Origin: Candidatus Hodarchaeota archaeon
Lineage (GTDB): Archaea; Asgardarchaeota; Heimdallarchaeia; Hodarchaeales; Hodarchaeaceae
NCBI GenBank assembly: GCA_016839785.1
Contig: JAEOTQ010000058.1
Location: 1 to 28,950, forward strand
Direction: 5' to 3'
DNA: 28,950 bases
Below the pieces are notes generated by a model. The model worked only from the letters and a program-made list of their open reading frames with translations, searched no databases and had not been told where the DNA came from. The position numbers were made by a program, and so were the translations under genes. Shown here one piece after another: positions 1 through 8,546 of this stretch (position 1 is the first letter of the stretch; each line of letters starts with the position of its first letter).

Positions 1-2
1 AA

Positions 3-1010
3 AAGACAGAAAGAAGGGCTATTAAACAAATTGAAGGAGAAAAGGCTGTAGAGCTTCGAAAATTTGATTATCAAAATAGTCCTCCCAAAATGATGGCAAT
101 TGATGGTTCTAATAGGTGGATCTGGAATAATCCTGCCATTAATGCACGTATTGCAATAATTCGAACAGCTTATGTTACCTACGAGTTTAAAAAGGATTTA
201 ACGCCACCTATCCAAATTCTTAACCAAGATTCGCATGATGAAGCTGTTCTGATTGCCCCTGATAACCCCAAAATTCATACATATGACCAAGATATCCAAA
301 AATTGCATAGCGAAATTCAGAGAATAATAGGTCGAAAAAATCCCGTTAATGAGACTCTAGCCTTACTTCGCACCCTCGCAGAATTCAATATGGTAGCAGA
401 ATTAGCTAGCGAAAATCATAAATCTTTGATTGTAATGGATGGAGCTTTAACATATGTACAAATAAAGGAATTTGAAGATACTGTCAGAAACATTCTTAGA
501 GATTGTAAAAAAAATGCAAATATCTTAGTAGGAGTCTCAAAGAGAAATATTACCCGATGGTTGGGATCAGAGCTTACTGATGAGGCAGTTATGCGAGAAA
601 TGTCGAGAAATGATCAAAAAATGGTGTACATGGAAATTCCCATAATTCCTAAATCCCAACAGAAATTTCCATCGATTGGTATGACTTACTTAGCTAAATT
701 ACATGCACAACCAGTCAAAACATTTAGAGTAGATATCTATAACCCATCAAATGAGAATATCGATAAGATTATGTCCCACCTAGCGTACTATTCTCAGGTA
801 AATACATTCCCTGGTTATCCATTTCCCCTAGTTGATGCTCATACCATTGCAGCCTTATTAAGACGTGTTCCAGATATGTATAACCATGAATTAGTAGAAG
901 CTGGTATTCAACTTGGTTTTACAGAAGATGATTTACTTCAATATATGATCACACATGAAAATTTAGAGAAGGATCCATTTCATCGATATTTAGACGACAC
1001 AACGAGATAA
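3..1010 (+). CDS. nurA: NurA 5'-3' nuclease (DNA double-strand break repair), 5'-truncated by window edge
   Basis: Motifs AIDGS, MDGAL, GVSK and GYPFPLVDAH. The frame is open from position 3 (KTERRAIK...) to the tracked ATG at 90, so the true start lies upstream. Adjacent to herA. Confidence 0.9.
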   Translation, partial: KTERRAIKQIEGEKAVELRKFDYQNSPPKMMAIDGSNRWIWNNPAINARIAIIRTAYVTYEFKKDLTPPIQILNQDSHDEAVLIAPDNPKIHTYDQDIQKLHSEIQRIIGRKNPVNETLALLRTLAEFNMVAELASENHKSLIVMDGALTYVQIKEFEDTVRNILRDCKKNANILVGVSKRNITRWLGSELTDEAVMREMSRNDQKMVYMEIPIIPKSQQKFPSIGMTYLAKLHAQPVKTFRVDIYNPSNENIDKIMSHLAYYSQVNTFPGYPFPLVDAHTIAALLRRVPDMYNHELVEAGIQLGFTEDDLLQYMITHENLEKDPFHRYLDDTTR

Positions 1011-1036
1011 ATATTATTAAAATTGAGGATTAGACT

Positions 1037-2623
1037 ATGACACAAAACATTGAGGAAAAAGCAGCATTAGGGGAAGTCATTTCTGGTGCTGTAAGTGGTG
1101 CTATCGAATTAAAACTTCGTACTGATAGTGAGGAAGTGAAAATAGGATTTCCTGCGGTTATAGAGGGAAAAAAATATGATTTCTTTTCTATCATTTCTGA
1201 TATACAATTTCCAACAAGTAATGCAGTCACTATGTTAGCAAATGCCGAAAAGCTTCGAAATACAATTCCTCTAAACACTATCGATACCTCAAGAGGTCGC
1301 ACGTTCTATAGCATTGCTGAACTGCAATGCGTCCAAATGATTGACCAGATATCTGGTAAAACATTTGAATTTGAAACCCTCCCTCCGTATTTTTCTACTG
1401 GTCGTCTCGCAAACAAATCTGATGTTCAACGTGTTTATCAGACAGATCTTCCAGAAAATACCCAATCAATTGGTACACTTAGAGGAGTAGAAGGATTTGA
1501 GATACCTATTGACTTTCAGAAACTTGTAGAAGTACCATTCGGGATCTTTGGTCGAACTCACTCAGGAAAAACTTTTCTAAATAAAATAATTCTTGGAAAT
1601 ATCATTAAAACAGAGGTATCACAAATCCTAGTATTTGATATGCAATCCGAATATGGGTGGCGCTCACGTGCAGATTCATCGCCTGGTCTGAAGTTTTTCT
1701 TTGAAAATCAAGTGACTCTTTTGAGTCTTGATCCAAGTACAAGTAAACAACATGATGAAGATTTATTAATAGGAGAAGACGAGATTGAACCTGAAGATTT
1801 GATCGTAGCTTTCCAAGATCTTTCTCCTACAATGATTGATGCAATCTACGAGATTGACCGTACTAAAGGTTCCTCGCAGACTTTAATTGAAGGAATTAAT
1901 GCGGCAGTAGTAGCTGACCCTCCTCCTGCTCGAATTAATCGTGGTACATTAAATGCTTTAAGTCGAAGGATTATGAGGTTAGAGCGTTTATCATTTGTTG
2001 TAAAATCCGATGATGGAAATTTGAATAATCTCCTTAAATATATTCAATCAGGCCAAAATATCGTCATTGACTTTGGAAAATATGGTGCTGATTTTTTTGC
2101 TTATGTATTTGTAGCTAATGTTATCTCTCGTCGATTATATAAGAGCTACAGTGAAATGGTAGAAATGAGCGAATATCCACGGCTAGTTGTCCTTCTAGAG
2201 GAAGCTCATAAATTCTTAGATCCAAAAATATCGAAAAATACCATTTTTGATCGCCTCGCACGAGAAATGCGAAAATTTAATCTGGTATTAGCTATGGTTG
2301 ATCAGCGGCCATCCAAAATCGATCCAGAGATATTATCACAACTAGCAAATCGATTTATTCTTTCATTAACCGACCCTAAGGATATTATTAATGCTTTAAC
2401 TGGTCCCGTTGACCCTTCAGCATGGCGAGCAATTGTACGTGCAATGCCTCCTCGTACAGTACTTATGTTTGGAGATGCAATTCGCGCTCCGACAGCTATG
2501 GATGTTCTAGAGTATAATGAAAGTACTATGGCTCAGAAATGGCAAATTGGAGCAACGACAAAAGAATTGCGTGAAACTCTCGACTCTTTATCAGAAGAAG
2601 ACAAAAGAGACATGTTCAAGTAA
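1037..2623 (+). CDS. herA: HerA/FtsK-family bipolar helicase-translocase (HAS barrel + DUF87 ATPase)
   Basis: Walker A GRTHSGKT, FDMQSEYG, Walker B LEEAH, REMRKF arginine finger, DQRP; beta-rich N-terminal domain; GAGG ribosome-binding site at about 1026-1029. Confidence 0.92.
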   Translation: MTQNIEEKAALGEVISGAVSGAIELKLRTDSEEVKIGFPAVIEGKKYDFFSIISDIQFPTSNAVTMLANAEKLRNTIPLNTIDTSRGRTFYSIAELQCVQMIDQISGKTFEFETLPPYFSTGRLANKSDVQRVYQTDLPENTQSIGTLRGVEGFEIPIDFQKLVEVPFGIFGRTHSGKTFLNKIILGNIIKTEVSQILVFDMQSEYGWRSRADSSPGLKFFFENQVTLLSLDPSTSKQHDEDLLIGEDEIEPEDLIVAFQDLSPTMIDAIYEIDRTKGSSQTLIEGINAAVVADPPPARINRGTLNALSRRIMRLERLSFVVKSDDGNLNNLLKYIQSGQNIVIDFGKYGADFFAYVFVANVISRRLYKSYSEMVEMSEYPRLVVLLEEAHKFLDPKISKNTIFDRLAREMRKFNLVLAMVDQRPSKIDPEILSQLANRFILSLTDPKDIINALTGPVDPSAWRAIVRAMPPRTVLMFGDAIRAPTAMDVLEYNESTMAQKWQIGATTKELRETLDSLSEEDKRDMFK

Positions 2624-2657
2624 GCAATACCAATTTTTGAAGAAAGAATTGATTGAT

Positions 2658-3881
2658 ATGGCAAAAATCATTATCGTGGGAGATGTTCACCTTGGAAAAC
2701 GGTATACATATCGTGTAAATTTAAAAACTGGCATGAGTGACCGTACTTTAGATTTCATTGACGCTCTTTCCAGAGTAGTCACTTATGCGATTGAAAATAA
2801 GGCGGATATCCTCATCATTGCAGGAGATCTGTTTGATCGTGTAAGTGTCGGTCCAACACTTCTCCGACTTGTCAGAGAAAATATTTGGTACCCTCTCATT
2901 GAAGCTAAAATACCAATTGTTTGTATTGGAGGGAACCATGATTCACCTCAGATACATGAGAAAGGATCCCCCTTGGGAGAGATTTCTCTCATTCCAAATA
3001 GTACTGTCTCCCGAACTCCGGCAACAATAAAAGTCCAAGCTTTAAATTCAAAGGAAGAAGTAGGATTCCTTCTTCTACCCTATCAAACGGCATCACAAGT
3101 AGTGAAATTTGTTGAAAAACGTCTTGGCAAACCTGTCGAGAAAGAAAGGCAAATGGTACTCAGCCAAGAGTACCTCAAATATTATATTGAGAATGAGATG
3201 AAACAGCTTACGACCAAATCAAAAATCATAGTTGGTCATTATTTCTTCCAAGGATCAAAAATCAACATCATACCATATCCAGATCTTCTCCCCCATGAAT
3301 TCAAATTTAAAAAAGATATGCTTCCCTTAGCACATATCGATCTTGCTGTATTCGGTCATGTTCACACCACTCAAACTTTACATGACGGTAAAGTATTAGT
3401 CCCTGGATCACTTGAACGAGTAGATTTTGGTGAGATAAATGAAGATAAGGGATTTTATGTCTTTGAGACAACGACACAAAAGTTAGAATTCATTTCAAAT
3501 AATCCACGTCCTCTTGTTAAACAGGTTGTTGAAGTACCCAAGGTGGAAGATCCAACTACTTACATCATAGAAAAATTCCCGCCCACAGCTAAGGATGCAA
3601 TTGTCCGTATAATAATTAAGATTTCTCCTGAATTGAAAAATAAGGTACGAATTCCCCGTATTCATCAAGCGTTAGAGTCTGCGTTCTATTTTGAGCTATT
3701 CTGGGATACATCTGTTACTCAACGAGATGTGGTACTCAAAGATTTTGTATTAGATCCATTAGTCTTATTTAATGATTTTATAACAAAGAAATTTAATCAA
3801 GATCCAAATTTGGTTCAATTACGAAAGACTGGGTTAGAAATTCTAGATCGTGCTCTGGCGCATGTGGAGGAGAAGTTATGA
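2658..3881 (+). CDS. mre11: Mre11/SbcD metallophosphoesterase nuclease
   Basis: Phosphoesterase motifs GDVHLG, AGDLFD, GGNHDS, VGH, FGHVH and PGSLERVDFGE. Start moved to ATG 2658 (MAKIIIVGD) because the longer ORF overlaps herA. Confidence 0.93.
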   Translation: MAKIIIVGDVHLGKRYTYRVNLKTGMSDRTLDFIDALSRVVTYAIENKADILIIAGDLFDRVSVGPTLLRLVRENIWYPLIEAKIPIVCIGGNHDSPQIHEKGSPLGEISLIPNSTVSRTPATIKVQALNSKEEVGFLLLPYQTASQVVKFVEKRLGKPVEKERQMVLSQEYLKYYIENEMKQLTTKSKIIVGHYFFQGSKINIIPYPDLLPHEFKFKKDMLPLAHIDLAVFGHVHTTQTLHDGKVLVPGSLERVDFGEINEDKGFYVFETTTQKLEFISNNPRPLVKQVVEVPKVEDPTTYIIEKFPPTAKDAIVRIIIKISPELKNKVRIPRIHQALESAFYFELFWDTSVTQRDVVLKDFVLDPLVLFNDFITKKFNQDPNLVQLRKTGLEILDRALAHVEEKL

Positions 3882-6256
3882 GTAGAACTTCTAGTACTTC
3901 TGGAGGAGGTAACTTCGATCTAAGAAGCCTTGAATTATATCGTTTTATGAATTATCAAGGAAAACCAGCGAAATTTTCCTTTAAAGCTCCCAATATTGTC
4001 ATCTCTGGACCAACGGGTTCAGGAAAAACGACGATTTTAGACGCTTTAACATTTGCTTTATTTGGTAGAAGTTCTCGACTTGATCTAACCATTGTAAAAA
4101 CGGAGGATGTTTGTGGAAATAATGGTAGAGTGACCTGTGAGTTTAAAACAGGTGTAAATTATTATAAAATCATTCGCGGAAGGGACAGCAAAGGTAAAAG
4201 CTTTTTAGAGCTATTCATTAATGATGAACGTATTAATGGTAAAATTCCAGATTTAAATGAGAAAATAAGGTCAACAATCCTAGGAATGAATTATGGTGCT
4301 TTTGTGAATTCAACTATCATTCGTCAAGATGAAATGAAATCCCTAGGATCAAAATCATCAATAGAACGATTGAAAACTTTACAAAACTTATTTAGATTGG
4401 ATATCTTTAATAAAGCAATTCAGGATGCACAGGAACAGCTAGTATTAATTACTGGTGTGAAAAATAAACTAGAGGGAGAATTACAAGAAAAAAAGAGGAT
4501 TTCTTCAACGAAGTTACAATTAGAAGAAACGCTTTCAAGAATAAAACCTAAGTTGAAGTCACTCAAAGCAGAGGAAGAAAAATTACAAGTTAATATTTCT
4601 AAAAATGAACAAGATATGGTTAAAAAGCAAGAGTTATATGATAAATTCCAAATTGCTTTAGAAAACTTGAAAAACTCTGAAAAACAGCTTTTAAAGGTAA
4701 CAGAAACGAAAAAAAACGCGGAAAACGAATTAAAGACATACAAAAAATTAAAAAACGATTACATTAATCTTGAAAAGCAAACTGAAACTATTAGGGATCA
4801 TGATGAAGAGATAAAATCTTTAGAGAGCAGAAAAAAGGAGTTTACTCTCATTCAAACAGGAATTGAAAGATTAATCAAACGACAAAAAAGAGATGAATCC
4901 CTACTCGTAAGAGACACTGAGAATAAAAGAAAACAAAAAGAAGAAACAGCTAAACGAATTTCCAATCTTACAACAGATATCGATCATCGGAAGGCTTTCC
5001 AAATCTTACAACAGGAGGGAAGATTAGGAGAACGAATTCAACGAATTTCTCTTGAAAAATCATGGAAATTACCAACCGAACTCATTAAAGGTATCGAGCA
5101 AGAGCAACAAACTGCAAGAGCTGATCTCCAAGAATTATTAATTGAAAAATCCAAGATAAATATCGATTCTTTTCGATTATCGGAAATTCAAGACAAAGAA
5201 AACCAATTGCTAGAGGAAATAGAAAGGTTAAATAAACGATTGATCGATCTAAAGAAATCTTGCGATGATGAAATCCTTGAACAGAAATCTAAATTAGAGT
5301 TAATTGAATTTACTTCTGAAGCTCAAAACCAGTTAGATACGTTAAAAAATTCTCAAAACACCAACGAACAGATTAAAAAAGAATATTCAAGAGCAAAGCA
5401 AAATCTAGAATCAATAATCGATCCTACAAGTAAAATAAATACGCTAGAGAGTCAAATTCAGACATTAAAAGAAGAAATAATCAGCCATAAGAAAGGACTT
5501 AAAGAATATCCTCCGTTTTTAAAAGAGTTTGAACGCTTAAAATCTGAAATAAACGAAAAAAAGGATAGAGCTGAAAAATTACAGATTCATTGTGTTCGTA
5601 TGGATCAAGATATGCAGAATCTGAAATCTAATATTTTAACTCTACAAAAATTAGAACCAGAAATAAAAGCTCTCGAAAAAAAGGTGAGCGAACATATTCA
5701 AGAAGAAAACATCCTGAATAAACTTAGAAATGAGGTGTTTCACATTAGAGGTGCTCCTTTCTATGCAATTAATAGAATTCTTCCTTACTTGGGACGGAGA
5801 GCTTCAATAATTTTATCAGATTTAACAAACCGACGGTTATCTAGTGTTCAATTAGAAAGAATTGATAAGGGAAAACAAGGGTTGGGATTTAAAATTAATA
5901 TTCAGACTCCTCAAGGTCCCCGTGATATTTCTACATTTTCTGGGGGTGAACGAACTCAAATTAATGCTGCTCTGAGACTTGCGATAAGTGAAGAGCTGTC
6001 CTCATTTGGTAGTGATACTAATCTCGATTCAGAAACAAAGAAAACTTTGTTCATCGATGAAGGAGATTTGGGATCTCTTGATACAATAGAAGCTCAACAA
6101 GCATTTGTTAAGAAGCTCTTTGAATTAACTAATAAATTCAAGATCATTTTAATAACCCACATCAATGAGATTGCAGACCAATTTCCACACTCGATCCAAA
6201 TAACACGTGATATTTCTGGACGTTCTATGAAAAGTACTGTGAGTGATACTCTGTGA
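3878..6256 (+). CDS. rad50: Rad50/SbcC SMC-like ABC ATPase (no zinc hook)
   Basis: Walker A GPTGSGKTT, Q-loop IRQDE, long coiled coil, signature FSGGE, Walker B/D-loop FIDEGDLGSLD, H-loop ITH. ATGA overlap with mre11. Confidence 0.92.
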   Translation: MSRTSSTSGGGNFDLRSLELYRFMNYQGKPAKFSFKAPNIVISGPTGSGKTTILDALTFALFGRSSRLDLTIVKTEDVCGNNGRVTCEFKTGVNYYKIIRGRDSKGKSFLELFINDERINGKIPDLNEKIRSTILGMNYGAFVNSTIIRQDEMKSLGSKSSIERLKTLQNLFRLDIFNKAIQDAQEQLVLITGVKNKLEGELQEKKRISSTKLQLEETLSRIKPKLKSLKAEEEKLQVNISKNEQDMVKKQELYDKFQIALENLKNSEKQLLKVTETKKNAENELKTYKKLKNDYINLEKQTETIRDHDEEIKSLESRKKEFTLIQTGIERLIKRQKRDESLLVRDTENKRKQKEETAKRISNLTTDIDHRKAFQILQQEGRLGERIQRISLEKSWKLPTELIKGIEQEQQTARADLQELLIEKSKINIDSFRLSEIQDKENQLLEEIERLNKRLIDLKKSCDDEILEQKSKLELIEFTSEAQNQLDTLKNSQNTNEQIKKEYSRAKQNLESIIDPTSKINTLESQIQTLKEEIISHKKGLKEYPPFLKEFERLKSEINEKKDRAEKLQIHCVRMDQDMQNLKSNILTLQKLEPEIKALEKKVSEHIQEENILNKLRNEVFHIRGAPFYAINRILPYLGRRASIILSDLTNRRLSSVQLERIDKGKQGLGFKINIQTPQGPRDISTFSGGERTQINAALRLAISEELSSFGSDTNLDSETKKTLFIDEGDLGSLDTIEAQQAFVKKLFELTNKFKIILITHINEIADQFPHSIQITRDISGRSMKSTVSDTL

Positions 6257-8520
6257 TTTCTAATTTCATTGAAAAGATCAAATCTAAATCATCAGATAAA
6301 GACCAGATAATATTTCAAAAAACAATACCTGCAAAAGAACCCAAGTTTGGATCTCTAACATTCCAATTGGCTCCAGAACTTGAGCAATGGTTAAAAGAGA
6401 ACGAATGGAACCTTTATTCACATCAAGCAGAGGCTCTAAATCTAATTAGTGAAGGGAAAAATGTGGTTGTCACTACAGCAACTGCATCAGGAAAAACATT
6501 GATTTTTTCTTTAGCGGTTGCTCAGGCAGTCACTCACAGAGTAAATACTACTGCACTTTTTTTATATCCTATGAAAGCTCTAGCTAATGATCAACTCTCC
6601 AAAATGGAAGAATTAAATACCGTGCTAGGGGGAAGATTAAGACCGTTTATTTATGATGGAGATACACCCTCTGAACGACGCCCAGCAATTCGTAACACTG
6701 CTAGAATCATTATTTCTAATCCATATGCTTTTCATCGTTATTTGGATTGGCATTCGAAATGGGAGCGATTTTTTCGGAACCTCCGTTTTATTATCATTGA
6801 TGAGGCCCATACCTATAGAGGAGTTTTTGGTTCAAATGTAGCACAGCTTATTCGTCGATTAAGACGGATCTGTGATTTCTATCGTTCAAATCCGCAATTT
6901 ATTCTCTCTTCGGCCACAATAAACAATCCAAAAGACTTCACAGAGAAACTAATAGGTACTCCAATTAATGTTGTCACGAATGATGGTTCAGAACAAGGTT
7001 CAAAAGAACTATTAATCTGGAATCCTCCCTATGTTGATCAATTTGAATTGGAACGTAGATCACCTCATCAAGAAACTCGAGATTTACTTTTCAGCCATTT
7101 AAAAGAGCACTATCAGACTCTTTGTTTTACACTTTCACGGAAAATGTCGGAAATCATTGCAGTCTGGGCACGTCAAGATCTCGAAGGACATGAACTAGAC
7201 CCTGAACAAATAATGGCTTATCGAGCAGGTTATCGGCCCTTGGAACGAAGGAGAATCGAGAATCAATTGAGAAATCGGGAGTTAGCTGCAGTTGTTAGTA
7301 CAAACGCTCTTGAAGTTGGAATTGATATTGGAAATCTTGACGCTGTGATTTTAAGTGGGTTCCCAGGAACCGTAATTTCTACTTGGCAGCAAATTGGCCG
7401 AGTTGGAAGAACCACTCGTCCTTCTCTTGCTACTCTTATTCTCTTTGAAGATGCTTATCAACAGTTCTTAGGTCGTCATCCCGAATATTTTCTAGATAAG
7501 ACACCAGAGAACGCTATAATTAATCTAGCAAATCCATACATAATAAAAGGTCATATCTTATGTGCAGCGGCAGAATTACCAATTAAAAAAGCCGAAATAA
7601 GTAAAATATGGGGAGATATTGGGTTGAAATCGGTCAAGGATCTGCTAAAACAAGATCTAGTTAAATTAATTCCCGCAGGTATAGTTCTAAAGTCAATAAA
7701 ACACCCTTCACAACAAGTCAGTTTAAATTCAGCTTTTTCAGATTCTATTGAAATTATAGTAAAAGGCAAGCTGTTAGAAACAATGACAACAGCTCAAGCA
7801 TATCGTGAAGCTCATGAAGGAGCCATTTTAATTCACCAAGGGGAGAAATATCTTGTAGAATCTATTGACTGGGAGAATAGGAAGGCATTTGCCTCTCTTC
7901 ATGATGTTGATTACTATACTGATGCAATTTCCACAAGTGAAGTTGAAATTCTCTCACAGGAGAGAGAAAAGGACCAAGGTTATCCTTTGGTATATGGGGA
8001 GGTTAAGGTAACAGAATACTATTTCTCATATAGAAAAAAGACCTATGATGAAGTTCTTGATATTTTACCACTTGATCTACCCCCATTGGAGTTTAAAACA
8101 AAAGCGGTGTGGATTCAAATACCATCTACCATAGTGGATTCAATAAAGGCTGAGAAAAAAGATCTTTCAGGAGGGATCCACGCATTAGAACACGCAACAA
8201 TTGCATTATCCCCTTTATTTGCTTTATGCGATCGTTGGGACATTGGAGGTACATCTTATCCGAATTATCCAGATGATGGAACCTCAAAGATTTTCATTTA
8301 TGATGGGTTTCCAGGGGGAATTGGAATTGCCGAGAAATTATTTGAAAAGTGGGATATCCTTTTATCAAATGTGTTACAATTAATACAGGAATGCCCATGT
8401 AAGGAGGGGTGTCCATCATGTATTCAATCACCTAAATGTGGTAATGATAATATTCCTTTAAGCAAAGAAGTGTCTTTACAACTTTTAAAGACATTAAAAT
8501 CGCTTTTAATGGAAACCTGA
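6253..8520 (+). CDS. SF2 DEAH helicase with C-terminal DUF1998 zinc-binding domain (Hrq1/MrfA/SftH family)
   Basis: Q motif LYSHQ, TATASGKT, YPMKALANDQ, DEAH, SAT, ALEVGIDIG, QQIGRVGR, C-terminal C...CPCKEGCPSC. GTG start overlaps the rad50 stop (GTGA). Confidence 0.93.
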   Translation: MISNFIEKIKSKSSDKDQIIFQKTIPAKEPKFGSLTFQLAPELEQWLKENEWNLYSHQAEALNLISEGKNVVVTTATASGKTLIFSLAVAQAVTHRVNTTALFLYPMKALANDQLSKMEELNTVLGGRLRPFIYDGDTPSERRPAIRNTARIIISNPYAFHRYLDWHSKWERFFRNLRFIIIDEAHTYRGVFGSNVAQLIRRLRRICDFYRSNPQFILSSATINNPKDFTEKLIGTPINVVTNDGSEQGSKELLIWNPPYVDQFELERRSPHQETRDLLFSHLKEHYQTLCFTLSRKMSEIIAVWARQDLEGHELDPEQIMAYRAGYRPLERRRIENQLRNRELAAVVSTNALEVGIDIGNLDAVILSGFPGTVISTWQQIGRVGRTTRPSLATLILFEDAYQQFLGRHPEYFLDKTPENAIINLANPYIIKGHILCAAAELPIKKAEISKIWGDIGLKSVKDLLKQDLVKLIPAGIVLKSIKHPSQQVSLNSAFSDSIEIIVKGKLLETMTTAQAYREAHEGAILIHQGEKYLVESIDWENRKAFASLHDVDYYTDAISTSEVEILSQEREKDQGYPLVYGEVKVTEYYFSYRKKTYDEVLDILPLDLPPLEFKTKAVWIQIPSTIVDSIKAEKKDLSGGIHALEHATIALSPLFALCDRWDIGGTSYPNYPDDGTSKIFIYDGFPGGIGIAEKLFEKWDILLSNVLQLIQECPCKEGCPSCIQSPKCGNDNIPLSKEVSLQLLKTLKSLLMET

Positions 8521-8546
8521 CTAGTCTAAGGAAAACTTAAACTGGT

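Noticed and set aside
2517-2657. N-terminal extension of the Mre11 ORF in the track
   Set aside because: Overlaps herA; the first phosphoesterase motif begins right after ATG 2658.
4400-5750. A-rich, repetitive-looking DNA
   Set aside because: Explained by Lys/Glu-rich coiled-coil codons of Rad50; not a repeat array or CRISPR.
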